Assembly: GCA_036377915.1 (NCBI GenBank)
Contig: DASUXL010000186.1
Location: forward strand, 3,168-67,167
Source: Candidatus Limnocylindrales bacterium
Lineage (GTDB): Bacteria; Actinomycetota; Actinomycetes; Mycobacteriales; Micromonosporaceae
Length of the DNA stretch: 64,000 nt
Direction of reading: 5' to 3'
Position 1 is the first letter of the stretch. Each line of letters opens with the position of its first letter. This document shows, piece by piece, positions 1 through 11,244 of the stretch. The translations under genes and the position numbers were made by a program. The notes under the pieces are model-generated. The model was not told where the DNA came from and did no database searches. It worked only from the letters and a program-made list of their open reading frames with translations.

Positions 1-608
1 GCGCCCTGGTTGCGGTTGACCACACCGGATCCGCCGCAGTGCGGGCAGGTGCGCGGCTTGGTGCCCGGCTTGGCACCGGTGCCGTGGCAGGTGTCGCAGA
101 CCCCCGGCGCGCGCAGCGTCACCGGGACATCGACGCCCCTGACCGCGTCGAGGAAGTCGAGCACGATCTCAGCCTCGACGTCACGCCCTCGCACGGGGGC
201 GGTCCGGTACGTCGCCGGCCCACCCCCGCCCGAGAAGATCGAGCCGAACAGGTCGGAGAAGCTCGCCCCGCTGAACCGCTGGTCCCGCCCGGCGCCCTGG
301 CCGAACAGGTCGGACATGTCGAAGGGCTGACCGGCTCCCCCGGCACGGGCCCCACGCCGGAACGCGCCCGACTCGAACAGCGAGCGCATCTCGTCGTACT
401 CGGCCCGCTTGCGGTCGTCGGAGAGCACGTCATACGCCTCCGAGACCGCCTTGAAGCGGTTCTCCGCCGACGAGTTGCCGGGGTTGTGGTCCGGATGAAG
501 CTCCCGGGCCAGCTTGCGGTAGGCCTTCTTGACCTCGGTCGCGGTGGCGTTCTTGGACACGCCGAGCACCGAGTAGAAGTCCTTCTCCAACCAGTCCTTC
601 GAGCTCAC
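1..608 (-). CDS. dnaJ: Chaperone DnaJ, 5' part (runs off window)
   Basis: Manual translation from GTG at 608: MSSKDWLEKDFY..., J-domain HPD motif (ELHPDHN), CxxCxGxG repeats (CDTCHGTG, CPHCGGSG); follows grpE. Confidence 0.95.
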   Translation of the reverse strand, partial: MSSKDWLEKDFYSVLGVSKNATATEVKKAYRKLARELHPDHNPGNSSAENRFKAVSEAYDVLSDDRKRAEYDEMRSLFESGAFRRGARAGGAGQPFDMSDLFGQGAGRDQRFSGASFSDLFGSIFSGGGGPATYRTAPVRGRDVEAEIVLDFLDAVRGVDVPVTLRAPGVCDTCHGTGAKPGTKPRTCPHCGGSGVVNRNQG

Positions 609-615
609 CTAACGC

Positions 616-1370
616 CTACTCAGACTCAGGATCGGCCACCGCGACCATCGCCGGGCGCAGCAGGCGCTCGCCCAGCAGGTAGCCGCGGCGCATGACATCA
701 ATACACGTCGGCTCGGTCACCTCGGAAGAGGTCAGGTGAGCCACCGCCTCGTGCCGGTTGGGGTCGAACGAGTCGCCCTTGGCGCCGAAGGCGGTCAGGC
801 CGAACTTCGTCGTCACCGTGGTGAGCTGCTCGGCCACTGACGCGAACGGGCCGTTGAGGTCGCCGTGGTCGCGGGCGCGGTCGATGTCGTCGAGCACCGG
901 CAGCAGCGCGGTCAGCACCATGCCCACCGCCAGCTCCGCGGCCTGTGTCCGATCCCGCTCGACCCGCTTGCGATAGTTGGCATACTCGGCCGTCACCCGC
1001 TGCAGGTCGGCGGTGCGCTCGTCGAGCACCGTCCGCAGCTCGCCCAGTTCGGCGGAGTCCGTCTTGGCCTCGCCCTCGGGCTCGGCCGCCTCGGGCGGCA
1101 CGATCGCCTCCGGCTCCTGCTCCGCCGGCTTGCCCGCCTCCGGCTTGGCCGGTTCGGGCTCACCGGTGGGCGGGGCCTTGGCGTCCGCCTTCACCGCCTC
1201 CGCCGGGGTGTCCTTGGCGGCCGGTTCCGAGGTCTTTGCCTCGGAACCGTTGGCCTCCTTGGACTCCGGGGCCTTGCCCGCGGTACCCCCCAGAGAGATC
1301 TTCCTTTTGTCGCGAATCACAATGCGCTCTCCGGCCGCCGGGGCGTCGGTCGAGGCATCTGATTTATCCG

Positions 1371-1374
<4 letters not shown>
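616..1374 (-). CDS. grpE: Nucleotide exchange factor GrpE
   Basis: [33 protein letters not shown]; between dnaK and dnaJ. Confidence 0.95.
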
Positions 1375-3212
<1,838 letters not shown>

Positions 3213-3234
3213 GTCTTGCCTCCAGAAGCAACAA

Positions 3235-3283
3235 CTTGAGTGGACCAGACTCAAGGTACAAGGTTGAGTCCCTAGACTGCAAG
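3235..3283. promoter_or_regulatory. HAIR operators (HspR binding): one perfect, one degenerate
   Basis: CTTGAGT-N7-ACTCAAG at 3235-3255 matches the consensus exactly; GTTGAGT-N7-CTGCAAG at 3263-3283; directly upstream of dnaK. Confidence 0.92.
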
Positions 3284-3331
3284 TTTGGTTGGGGTCTGTG
3301 GTAACGGGCCTGGGCAAGTTAAATTTCCAGT

Positions 3332-3949
3332 GTGATTGACCATGCGGCTCCATTGCTCGCCGTGATCGGGGGACCGACCGGAGCGGGCAAGTCGACGCTG
3401 GTCAACAGCCTGGTCCGGGCGCCGGTCAGCGTGACCGGCATCCTGCGCCCGACCACCCGCACACCCGTGCTCGTGTGCCATCCGCGCAGCTGGGCCAGGG
3501 TGCACCGGCACGGGCTGACGCCGATCTCCGCACCGGCGCTGCCGGCCAACGTGGCGCTCATCGACGCACCGGACATCAACTCTGTCGATCAGGCGAATCG
3601 GGACCTGTCGAACGAGCTCTTCGATGACGCAGACTTGTGGCTGTTCGTCACCACCGCCGCCCGCTACGCTGACGCCGAGGCTTGGCGGCACCTGCGCGCG
3701 GCGCAGCAACGCAAGGTTGACCTTGCGGTGGTGCTCGATCGGGTGCCGCCGCAGGCGGTCGACGAGATCGTGCCTCACCTGACCGAGCTGCTGGGCGAGC
3801 CGGTGCCGCTGTTCGTGGTCCCGGACTCCCAACTCGATCGGCAGGGAATGCTCCCCGAACGGGTTGTCACCCCGATCTGGGAATTCCTCCAGAAGTGCGC
3901 AGCAAGCAAAATAGCCGATATGTCCAGCCAGACCGAGGGAGGGGATTAG
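3332..3949 (+). CDS. Short P-loop GTPase (dynamin-like/Era-like family), essentially G-domain only
   Basis: G1 GPTGAGKS, G2 RPTT, G3 [18 protein letters not shown]. Confidence 0.75.
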   Translation: MIDHAAPLLAVIGGPTGAGKSTLVNSLVRAPVSVTGILRPTTRTPVLVCHPRSWARVHRHGLTPISAPALPANVALIDAPDINSVDQANRDLSNELFDDADLWLFVTTAARYADAEAWRHLRAAQQRKVDLAVVLDRVPPQAVDEIVPHLTELLGEPVPLFVVPDSQLDRQGMLPERVVTPIWEFLQKCAASKIADMSSQTEGGD

Positions 3950-5221
3950 GTGGACGCCCGCACCCCCGAGTCCAAGCTGGACGTGCTGCAGAGCTTCCTC
4001 GACGCGGCCGGCGTCTGCCTGCCCGACTCGCCACAACTGAACCGGGCCAAGGCGGTCGCCGAGCGCGCCGCCGACCGGCTGCGCTTCCCCCAGCGCTTCA
4101 CCACGATCGCCCTCGCCGGCACCACCGGCAGCGGCAAATCGAGCATGTTCAACGCGTTCACCACGATCGATCGCTCGCCGGCCGGCATCCTGCGCCCCAC
4201 CACCTCAGAGCCGTATGCGTGCGTCTGGGGCAGCCTCGGCCAGGCCGACGAGCTGCTCGACTGGCTGGGAGTGGCCCCGCGGCGGCGCTTCACCCGCGAG
4301 TCCCCGCTCGACGCCGAGGACGAGGCGAGCCTGCGCGGCATGATCCTGCTCGACCTGCCCGACGTCGACTCGGTCGAGCCCAAGCACCGCGTCGAGGTGG
4401 ACAGGCTGCTGCACCTTGTCGACGTGGTGGTCTGGATCTGCGACCCGCAGAAATATGCCGACCAGCTCGTCCACGAGGGATACCTGCGCCAGCTCGCCGG
4501 CCAGCGCTCCGGCCTGATCGTCGCGCTCAACCAGACCGACAAGCTGCTCCCCGCGCACCTGCCCAAGGTCGGCGCGGACCTGCGCCAGCTGCTCGACGAA
4601 GGCGGCCTGGCCAACGTGCCGCTCGCCGCCACCTCCGCCACCTCAGAGGTGCCTGAGCAGCCGGCCACCAAGCGGGCGCCGATCAAGCCCAAACCCGGCC
4701 CGTTCTCGACCGAGCGGTCGTCAAGGGGGTACCAGGGAGTGCGCACGCTGCGCGCCCTGCTGGAGCCGATCATCGCCAGCGGCACGGCCGGCGTGGACAC
4801 GGTTGACCGGGATGTGACGGCGACATTGAAGGAGCTGGCGGTTTTTGCCGGCGGTCCGGCCTCCACACCGTCGACGGCGCCGCTGGTCGACGCCTTGACA
4901 AAAGATCAAATCGATCAGGGGGTACGGGACTACGCGGCCAGCGCCGCCCAAGGGTTGCCCGAGCCGTGGCAGGAGGCGGTCTCCATCGCGGCCAAGTCCC
5001 ACGTGTCCGAGCTGCCGGAGGCGCTTGACGGGGCGGCGAGGCGCGCCGCCGCCAACCGCCCGCGCCGGGTCTGGCTGCCCGGCGGCAAGCGGCGGCTTGA
5101 GGCACGCACCGACGCCCTGCTCCAGCAGGAGATCGAGAAGGTCGCCCTGCGCCACGTGATCGAGCCCGTGCGCCGGGTCCTCGCCAACTACGAGCGCGGC
5201 CGCTCGGCCCTGTCCAGGTAG
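3950..5221 (+). CDS. P-loop GTPase with C-terminal helical region
   Basis: G1 GTTGSGKS, RPTT, DLPD, DPQKYAD, G4-like NQTD; start abuts upstream stop. Confidence 0.8.
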   Translation: MDARTPESKLDVLQSFLDAAGVCLPDSPQLNRAKAVAERAADRLRFPQRFTTIALAGTTGSGKSSMFNAFTTIDRSPAGILRPTTSEPYACVWGSLGQADELLDWLGVAPRRRFTRESPLDAEDEASLRGMILLDLPDVDSVEPKHRVEVDRLLHLVDVVVWICDPQKYADQLVHEGYLRQLAGQRSGLIVALNQTDKLLPAHLPKVGADLRQLLDEGGLANVPLAATSATSEVPEQPATKRAPIKPKPGPFSTERSSRGYQGVRTLRALLEPIIASGTAGVDTVDRDVTATLKELAVFAGGPASTPSTAPLVDALTKDQIDQGVRDYAASAAQGLPEPWQEAVSIAAKSHVSELPEALDGAARRAAANRPRRVWLPGGKRRLEARTDALLQQEIEKVALRHVIEPVRRVLANYERGRSALSR

Positions 5222-5844
5222 GGCAGGTAGGGAGGTTCCGGCAGCTCGATCTCGGGCATGTCAATCTCGGGCATCTCGATGTCAGGCATGTCAATCTCAG
5301 GCATGTCGATGTCGGGGAAGTCGATGTCCGGCAGGTCGGGCGGCTCGACCCAGGGGCGCTCCACGCTTGGCTTCTTGGACTTCTTGTTCTTCTTGGACTT
5401 CGACGTGTTCGGCTCGCGCTTCGGCTCCTCCGATTTGGACTGTCCCGGCTCGGCGGGCTTGTGCTTGTGGACCGGGCGCGGGGACGTGTCAACCACGGCC
5501 TTGCGTTCAAGGACAGGTTCCCGTTGCGGCTCAACGGGTTGCGGTGGAAGCACGGGCAGGGACCAACCCTGCTGCTGCCCGGCCACGGGCGGTTTCTTGT
5601 TTGGTTGCGGCGGTGGTTCGGGTACCCCCAAAACAATCGGACGGACCGGAGCGGCCGCCGTGGACCGGAGTTCCTCGGTGCCCGCCCGGATCATGATGAA
5701 GGTTGGGACAGCGGTCAGGCCGACCATGAGGATGAGCAGGATGGCGAAGCGTTTTCCGGAGCCGGACAGCCCGTCACCGGCACGGCGTGCAGGCGGGTGC
5801 TTGGTGTCCTGCGCACCCAGCACCGCCTCCAAGAAATTGGGCAT
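5188..5844 (-). CDS. Membrane-anchored hypothetical protein with Pro-rich linker, Lys-rich patch and acidic pentapeptide repeats
   Basis: One hydrophobic segment (FAILLILMVGLTAVPTFIMI); C-terminal P[DE]I[DE][MFL] repeats; start uncertain. Confidence 0.6.
   Translation of the reverse strand: MPNFLEAVLGAQDTKHPPARRAGDGLSGSGKRFAILLILMVGLTAVPTFIMIRAGTEELRSTAAAPVRPIVLGVPEPPPQPNKKPPVAGQQQGWSLPVLPPQPVEPQREPVLERKAVVDTSPRPVHKHKPAEPGQSKSEEPKREPNTSKSKKNKKSKKPSVERPWVEPPDLPDIDFPDIDMPEIDMPDIEMPEIDMPEIELPEPPYLPYLDRAERPRS
5242..5340 (-). repeat. Imperfect 15-bp tandem repeat (about 6 copies) encoding P[DE]I[DE][MFL]
   Basis: Units such as gggcatgtcaatctc / aggcatgtcgatgtc on the + strand. Confidence 0.8.
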
Positions 5845-6163
5845 ACGTGACCTCTTCAGAAAAACCGGGGAAGACAGTTGTATAACGCCCATTAGTTTTG
5901 ATCGTTAGGGCTGGCTGTGACGACGGGCACGGATACGGCAATATTGAGCCCGTCGGCAATGACGAATCGCGGCAGACCGCCCACACTGCGGATCCGCCAA
6001 GCGATACGTCAAAGCCGCCAAGGCAGCGCCGCCGGCTCAGCCACGGTTATGCCACGCCTCGAAGATGGCGTGCCATCTTCGCCACGCGAGACTCCCACCG
6101 GGGCAGCGTGGATTAGCCCGGTGGCACACCCCGCTGCCGGGGACCTGAAATGGGAGACACGGA

Positions 6164-7291
6164 ATGACCAGAGCCTCCTCGAAGCGCGCGGCGCCGGCAA
6201 CGGCCGCCGATACCGACTTCGTGCAGTTACTGACCCCGGACGGCGAAAGGGTGACGCACCCCGACTACTCCGTCGACTTCAACCCTGACGAGCTGCGCGG
6301 GCTCTACCGCGATCTCGTCACCGTTCGCAAACTCGACGCCGAGGCCACCGCTCTGCAGCGCCAGGGAGAGCTCGGCATCTGGGCAAGCCTGCTCGGCCAG
6401 GAGGCCGCCCAGGTCGGCTCCGGCCGCGCGCTGCGCGAGCAGGACATGGCCTTCCCCACCTACCGCGAGCACGGTGTGCTGTACTGCCGCGGCATCGACC
6501 CGATCATGCCGCTGGGCCTGTTCCGCGGCGTCGACCAGGGCGGATGGGACCCGATCGCCAACAAGTTCGGCATCTACACCATCGTGATCGGGGCGCAGAC
6601 CCTGCACGCCACCGGCTACGCCATGGGGGTCGCCAAGGACGGCAAGGTCGGCGGCGACGACGGCGAGGCGGTGATCGCCTACTTCGGCGACGGCGCGACC
6701 AGCCAGGGCGACGTCAACGAGTCGTTCATCTTCGCCAGCGTCTACAACGCGCCGATCGTCTTCTTCTGCCAGAACAACCAGTACGCCATCTCCGAGCCAC
6801 TGCAGCGCCAGACCCGGGTTCCGCTCTACCAGCGGGCGTCGGGCTTCGGCTTCCACGGCGTGCGGGTCGACGGCAACGACGTCCTGGCCACCTACGCGGT
6901 GACCCGGGCGGCCCTCGACAACGCCCGCCACGGCAACGGCCCGATGCTGATCGAGGCGTACACGTACCGGATGGGCGCCCACACCACCTCCGATGACCCG
7001 ACGCGCTACCGCGTCGCCAGTGAGGTCGAGGAGTGGCAGGCAAAGGACCCGGTCGCCCGCGTCCGCAAGCTCCTTGAGCGCGAAGGCATCGGCGACGACG
7101 CCTTCTTCGCCGAGGTCGACCAGGAGGCCAAGGTGGAGGCGGTCAAGCTGCGCGAGCGGGTGCTCGCCATGCCCGACCCGGACCCCACCCAGATCTTCGA
7201 CCACGTCTACCCCAACGGCTCGGCCGAGGTGGACGAGGAGCGCGAGCAGTTCAAGGCCTACCACGCGTCGTTCGAGGGAGCGCACCGATGA
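6164..7291 (+). CDS. pdhA: 2-oxoacid (pyruvate or branched-chain) dehydrogenase E1 alpha
   Basis: GQEAAQVG, TPP motif GDGATSQG...NNQYAIS, YRMGAHTTSDDP; substrate specificity not determinable (could be bkd type). Confidence 0.9.
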   Translation: MTRASSKRAAPATAADTDFVQLLTPDGERVTHPDYSVDFNPDELRGLYRDLVTVRKLDAEATALQRQGELGIWASLLGQEAAQVGSGRALREQDMAFPTYREHGVLYCRGIDPIMPLGLFRGVDQGGWDPIANKFGIYTIVIGAQTLHATGYAMGVAKDGKVGGDDGEAVIAYFGDGATSQGDVNESFIFASVYNAPIVFFCQNNQYAISEPLQRQTRVPLYQRASGFGFHGVRVDGNDVLATYAVTRAALDNARHGNGPMLIEAYTYRMGAHTTSDDPTRYRVASEVEEWQAKDPVARVRKLLEREGIGDDAFFAEVDQEAKVEAVKLRERVLAMPDPDPTQIFDHVYPNGSAEVDEEREQFKAYHASFEGAHR

Positions 7292-8265
7292 CTGAGACCC
7301 TGACTCTCGGCAAAGCGCTCAACCTGGGCCTTCGCCGGGCCATGGAGGACGATCCCAAGGTTGTGCTGATGGGTGAGGACATCGGCAAGCTGGGCGGCGT
7401 CTTCCGGATCACCGATGGGCTGCAGAAGGACTTCGGCGAGGACCGCGTGATCGACACGCCGCTCGCCGAGTCCGGCATCGTCGGCACCGCGGTCGGTCTG
7501 GCCCTGCGCGGGTACCGGCCGGTCGTCGAGATCCAGTTCGACGGGTTTGTGTACCCGGCGTACGACCAGATCGTCTGCCAGGTCGCCAAGATGCACTACC
7601 GGTCAAAGGGCAAGGTGCGCCTGCCGATGGTCATCCGCATCCCGTTCGGCGGCGGCATCGGCGCGGTCGAGCACCACTCCGAGTCGCCCGAGGCGTATTT
7701 CGCCCACACCGCCGGCCTCAAGGTGGTGGCCTGCTCCAACCCGGCCGACGCCTACTGGATGATCCAGCAGGCCATCGCCTCCGACGACCCGATCATCTTC
7801 CTGGAGCCCAAGCGGCGCTACTGGGAGAAGGGCGAGGTCTCCAGGGACAGCGCCACGATCGACCTGCACACCGCCAAGGTGGTGCGGGAGGGCACGGACG
7901 CGACAGTGCTCGCCTACGGCCCGATGGTGCGCACCGCGCTCGACGCGGCGACCGCGGCCGAGGAGGACGGGCGCTCGCTCGAGGTGATCGACCTGCGCAC
8001 GCTGTCCCCGCTGGACATGGAGCCGGTGTATGCGTCGGTGCGCAAGACGGGACGCGCGGTGGTGGTGCACGAGGCGCCGGGCAACCTGGGCCTCGGATCC
8101 GAGCTGGCCGCGCGCATCACCGAGCAGTGCTTCTACTCCCTTGAGGCGCCGGTGCTCCGGGTGACCGGCTACGACACGCCGTACCCGGCCGCCCGCCTGG
8201 AGGAGGAGTACCTGCCCGACCTGGACCGTGTCCTCGACGGCGTCGACCGCACGTTCGGGTGGTGA
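7288..8265 (+). CDS. pdhB: 2-oxoacid dehydrogenase E1 beta
   Basis: GEDIGKLGGVFR, DTPLAESGI, EHHSES, IDLRTLSPLD; ATGA-coupled. Confidence 0.9.
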   Translation: MTETLTLGKALNLGLRRAMEDDPKVVLMGEDIGKLGGVFRITDGLQKDFGEDRVIDTPLAESGIVGTAVGLALRGYRPVVEIQFDGFVYPAYDQIVCQVAKMHYRSKGKVRLPMVIRIPFGGGIGAVEHHSESPEAYFAHTAGLKVVACSNPADAYWMIQQAIASDDPIIFLEPKRRYWEKGEVSRDSATIDLHTAKVVREGTDATVLAYGPMVRTALDAATAAEEDGRSLEVIDLRTLSPLDMEPVYASVRKTGRAVVVHEAPGNLGLGSELAARITEQCFYSLEAPVLRVTGYDTPYPAARLEEEYLPDLDRVLDGVDRTFGW

Positions 8266-8273
8266 GGAAAAGC

Positions 8274-9599
8274 ATGGCTATCAACGAGTTCCCGCTTCCC
8301 GACCTGGGTGAGGGCCTGACCGAGGGCGAGATCCTCAAGTGGCTCGTCGCCGAGGGCGACGTCATCGAGCTGAACCAGCCCATCGTCGAGGTCGAGACCG
8401 CCAAGGCGGCGGTGGAGATCCCGGCGAAGTGGGCCGGGCGGGTCGTGAAGATCTTCCAGCCGGAGGGGGCGGTGGTGGAGGTCGGCGCGCCGATCATCTC
8501 CATCGACACCGGAGGCGAAGCCGCTCAGGCTCAGGAAGGCGGCCTGATCGGGGAGACCACGGCCAACGGCCGGACCGCGGTGCTGGTCGGGTACGGGCCC
8601 AAGAGCGGCCCGGCCAAGCGGCGCGTCCGTGCCGGGGCGCAGCCTGCACCCGTCGCGACACCCGTGCCGGAAGTGGTGCCCGAGCCCGAGCCGGAGCCGG
8701 AGCCCGTGGCAGCTACGGCAGTGGGAGGGAAGGCGCTGGCGAAGCCGCCGGTACGCAAGCTCGCCCGCGACCTCGGGGTGGACCTGACGACGATCGCCGG
8801 GACAGGGCCGCAGGGCTCGATCACGCGCGAGGACCTGCAGGCCGCGGTGGACGGCAAGGCCGAGGCGCCGGCCCCCGCCCCGGCAGTCTTGGGTTCACGT
8901 GAAACCAGGATTCCGATCAAGGGTGTGCGCAAGCTGACCGCCGCCAACATGGTGGCGTCCGCGTTCACCGCGCCGCACGTCACCGAGTTCCTGACCGTGG
9001 ACATGACCCGCTCGATGCGGGCGCTGGAACGGCTCAAGGGGCAACGGGACTGGCGCGAGGTGCGGGTCTCGCCGCTCCTGCTGGTGGCGAAGGCCGTGCT
9101 GCTGGGCATCAAGCGGTACCCAATGATCAATTCGACCTGGTCCGGCGCCACCGAAGAGATCATCATCAAGGAGTACGTGAACCTCGGCATCGCCGCCGCG
9201 ACCGAGCGTGGCCTGATCGTCCCCAACATCAAGGACGCCGGCACGCTGACCCTGCGGCAGCTCGCCGACGGCATGACCGAGCTGGTCAACGTCGCCAAGA
9301 CGGGCAAGACCCCACCGGCCGACATGACCGGCGGCACCTTCACGATCACCAATGTGGGGGTGTTCGGGGTGGACACCGGCACGCCGATCCTGCCCCCGGG
9401 CGAGGCCGCGATCCTGGCCTTCGGCGCGGTGCGGGAGCAGCCGTGGGCGCACAAGGGCAAGGTGAAGCTGCGCCAGGTGAGCACGCTGGGGCTGTCGTTC
9501 GACCACCGGATCATCGACGGCGAGCTGGGCTCGAAGTTCCTGCGCGACGTGGGCGAGTTCCTCACCGACCCGGAAGCCGCCCTGCTCGCGTGGACGTGA
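8274..9599 (+). CDS. pdhC: Dihydrolipoamide acyltransferase E2
   Basis: Lipoyl domain VETAKA, E3-binding PVRKLARDLGVDL..GTGPQG, catalytic DHRIIDG. Confidence 0.9.
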   Translation: MAINEFPLPDLGEGLTEGEILKWLVAEGDVIELNQPIVEVETAKAAVEIPAKWAGRVVKIFQPEGAVVEVGAPIISIDTGGEAAQAQEGGLIGETTANGRTAVLVGYGPKSGPAKRRVRAGAQPAPVATPVPEVVPEPEPEPEPVAATAVGGKALAKPPVRKLARDLGVDLTTIAGTGPQGSITREDLQAAVDGKAEAPAPAPAVLGSRETRIPIKGVRKLTAANMVASAFTAPHVTEFLTVDMTRSMRALERLKGQRDWREVRVSPLLLVAKAVLLGIKRYPMINSTWSGATEEIIIKEYVNLGIAAATERGLIVPNIKDAGTLTLRQLADGMTELVNVAKTGKTPPADMTGGTFTITNVGVFGVDTGTPILPPGEAAILAFGAVREQPWAHKGKVKLRQVSTLGLSFDHRIIDGELGSKFLRDVGEFLTDPEAALLAWT

Positions 9600-9600
9600 T

Positions 9601-9721
9601 GCAGCGCCGCCGCCGGCGTGCGGGGCTGTCGATCTTGCAAACACGCTCCACCGTTTGCAAGATCGATCTGCCACGCTCGCCGGCTTCCTCGGCGGCGCTG
9701 CCCGCGACTTGCTTTAGCAGG
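9601..9721. repeat. Intergenic long-hairpin element, copy E1
   Basis: Outer stem gcagcgccgccg 9601-12 / 9690-701; inner 14-bp stem tcgatcttgcaaac 9629-42 / 9653-66; alignable to 29996-30180. Confidence 0.75.
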
Positions 9722-9734
9722 AGCAATAGTCACA

Positions 9735-10241
9735 GTGATTCACGGTAGTGATCCGTTCGCGACCCCGGAGTCGGCGCGCTCGCAGGTGCGCCGGCTCCGG
9801 GGCCGTTTCGCGCAGACGGTCACCCTGTGGACGGCGCCCGGCCCGGCGGGCCTGACCGTCTCGTCCAGCCTTGTCGCAGACGGCGAGCCGGGCACGATGC
9901 TGGGGCTCATCGACGAGGAGTCGGACCTGTGGGCCGCCGCATCCGGGGCCGGGGTCTTCGCCGTATCGCTGCTCGCCCCGCCGGACAGGCAGCTGGCGGA
10001 CCGGTTCGCCGGGCTGGCACCCGCGCCGGGCGGGCTGTTCAAGCAGGGGGAGAGCTGGCTCGAGACCGGGTTCGGGCCGGTGCCGGCGGACCGGCCGTGG
10101 GTGGGCTGCCGGCTTCAGGCATCCCGGCCGGTGGGCTGGAGTTTGCTGGTCGAGGGCGCGATCGCCGAGATGCACCTGCCTGAGGGCTCGGAGTTGTTGC
10201 TGCATCATAGGGGTACGTATCGGAGTCTCGATGAAAGCTAA
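9735..10241 (+). CDS. Flavin reductase-like protein
   Basis: RRLRGRFAQTVTLWT, GLTVSS, FAVSLL...LADRFAG; start trimmed to GTG 9735. Confidence 0.75.
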   Translation: MIHGSDPFATPESARSQVRRLRGRFAQTVTLWTAPGPAGLTVSSSLVADGEPGTMLGLIDEESDLWAAASGAGVFAVSLLAPPDRQLADRFAGLAPAPGGLFKQGESWLETGFGPVPADRPWVGCRLQASRPVGWSLLVEGAIAEMHLPEGSELLLHHRGTYRSLDES

Positions 10242-10251
10242 GCTAGGCGGC

Positions 10252-11220
10252 ATGTCAGTCACCCCACGCTTCGGCGAAGGTCATCGTGTGCTCGTGTCCG
10301 GCGGCGCGGGGTTCGTTCCCTCCCATCTGGTTGACCTGCTGATCTCGCGCGGGTGCCAGGTGGTCGCGATCGATAACTTCGTGACCGGCGCCGAGTCCAA
10401 TGTCGCGCACCTCGCCGACAACCCGCTGTTCACCCTTGTCAAGGCGGACATCTCCGACGGCCTGCCGGCCGAGCCCGCGTTGATGGGCCGCTTCGATGCC
10501 ATCCTGCACATGGCGTCGCCGGCCAGTCCGGTCGATTTCGGCACGCTGCCGGTGGAGATCCTGCGCGTGGGGTCGCTCGCCACCTTCCACCTGCTTGACC
10601 GCGCCCGCGAGGACGAGGCCAGGTTCCTGCTCGCCTCGACCTCGGAGGCGTATGGGGATCCGCTGGTGCACCCGCAGCCCGAGACGTACTGGGGCAACGT
10701 CAACCCGGTGGGTGTGCGCAGCGTCTATGACGAGTCCAAGCGGTTCGCCGAGGCCACGACGATGGCGTACAGGCGCACGTATGGTGTCGACACCGCGATC
10801 GTTCGGATCTTCAACACCTACGGTCCGCGGATGCGCGCCAACGACGGCCGCTTCATCCCGACGTTCATCTCGCAGGCGCTGCGCGGCGAGCCGGTGACCG
10901 TGCACGGCACGGGCGACCAGACCCGCTCCATCTGCTTCGTGGACGATCTGGTCCGCGGCATCCTGCTGCTGCTCGACTCGCACGAGCACGGGCCGGTCAA
11001 CTGCGGCACCGAGTACGAGATGAGCGTGCTCGACCTGGCCAAAAAGATCATCGAGCTGAGCGGGTCGAGTTCAGAGATCGTGCTGCTGCCGCGCACGCCC
11101 GACGATCCCGAGCGCCGCCGGCCTGACCTGACGCTTGCCAAGTCGAAACTCGGCTACGAGCCCACGGTCGGTCCGGACGAGGGTCTGCGCGCCACGATCG
11201 ATTACTTCCGGTCGTTGTAG
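10252..11220 (+). CDS. NAD-dependent epimerase/dehydratase, UDP-glucuronate decarboxylase-like
   Basis: GGAGFVPSH, HMASPASP, STSEAYGDP, YDESKR, RIFNTYGPRM, DDPERRRPD. Confidence 0.85.
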   Translation: MSVTPRFGEGHRVLVSGGAGFVPSHLVDLLISRGCQVVAIDNFVTGAESNVAHLADNPLFTLVKADISDGLPAEPALMGRFDAILHMASPASPVDFGTLPVEILRVGSLATFHLLDRAREDEARFLLASTSEAYGDPLVHPQPETYWGNVNPVGVRSVYDESKRFAEATTMAYRRTYGVDTAIVRIFNTYGPRMRANDGRFIPTFISQALRGEPVTVHGTGDQTRSICFVDDLVRGILLLLDSHEHGPVNCGTEYEMSVLDLAKKIIELSGSSSEIVLLPRTPDDPERRRPDLTLAKSKLGYEPTVGPDEGLRATIDYFRSL

Positions 11221-11244
11221 CTCGAAGCTCTTACCCTGGACTTC

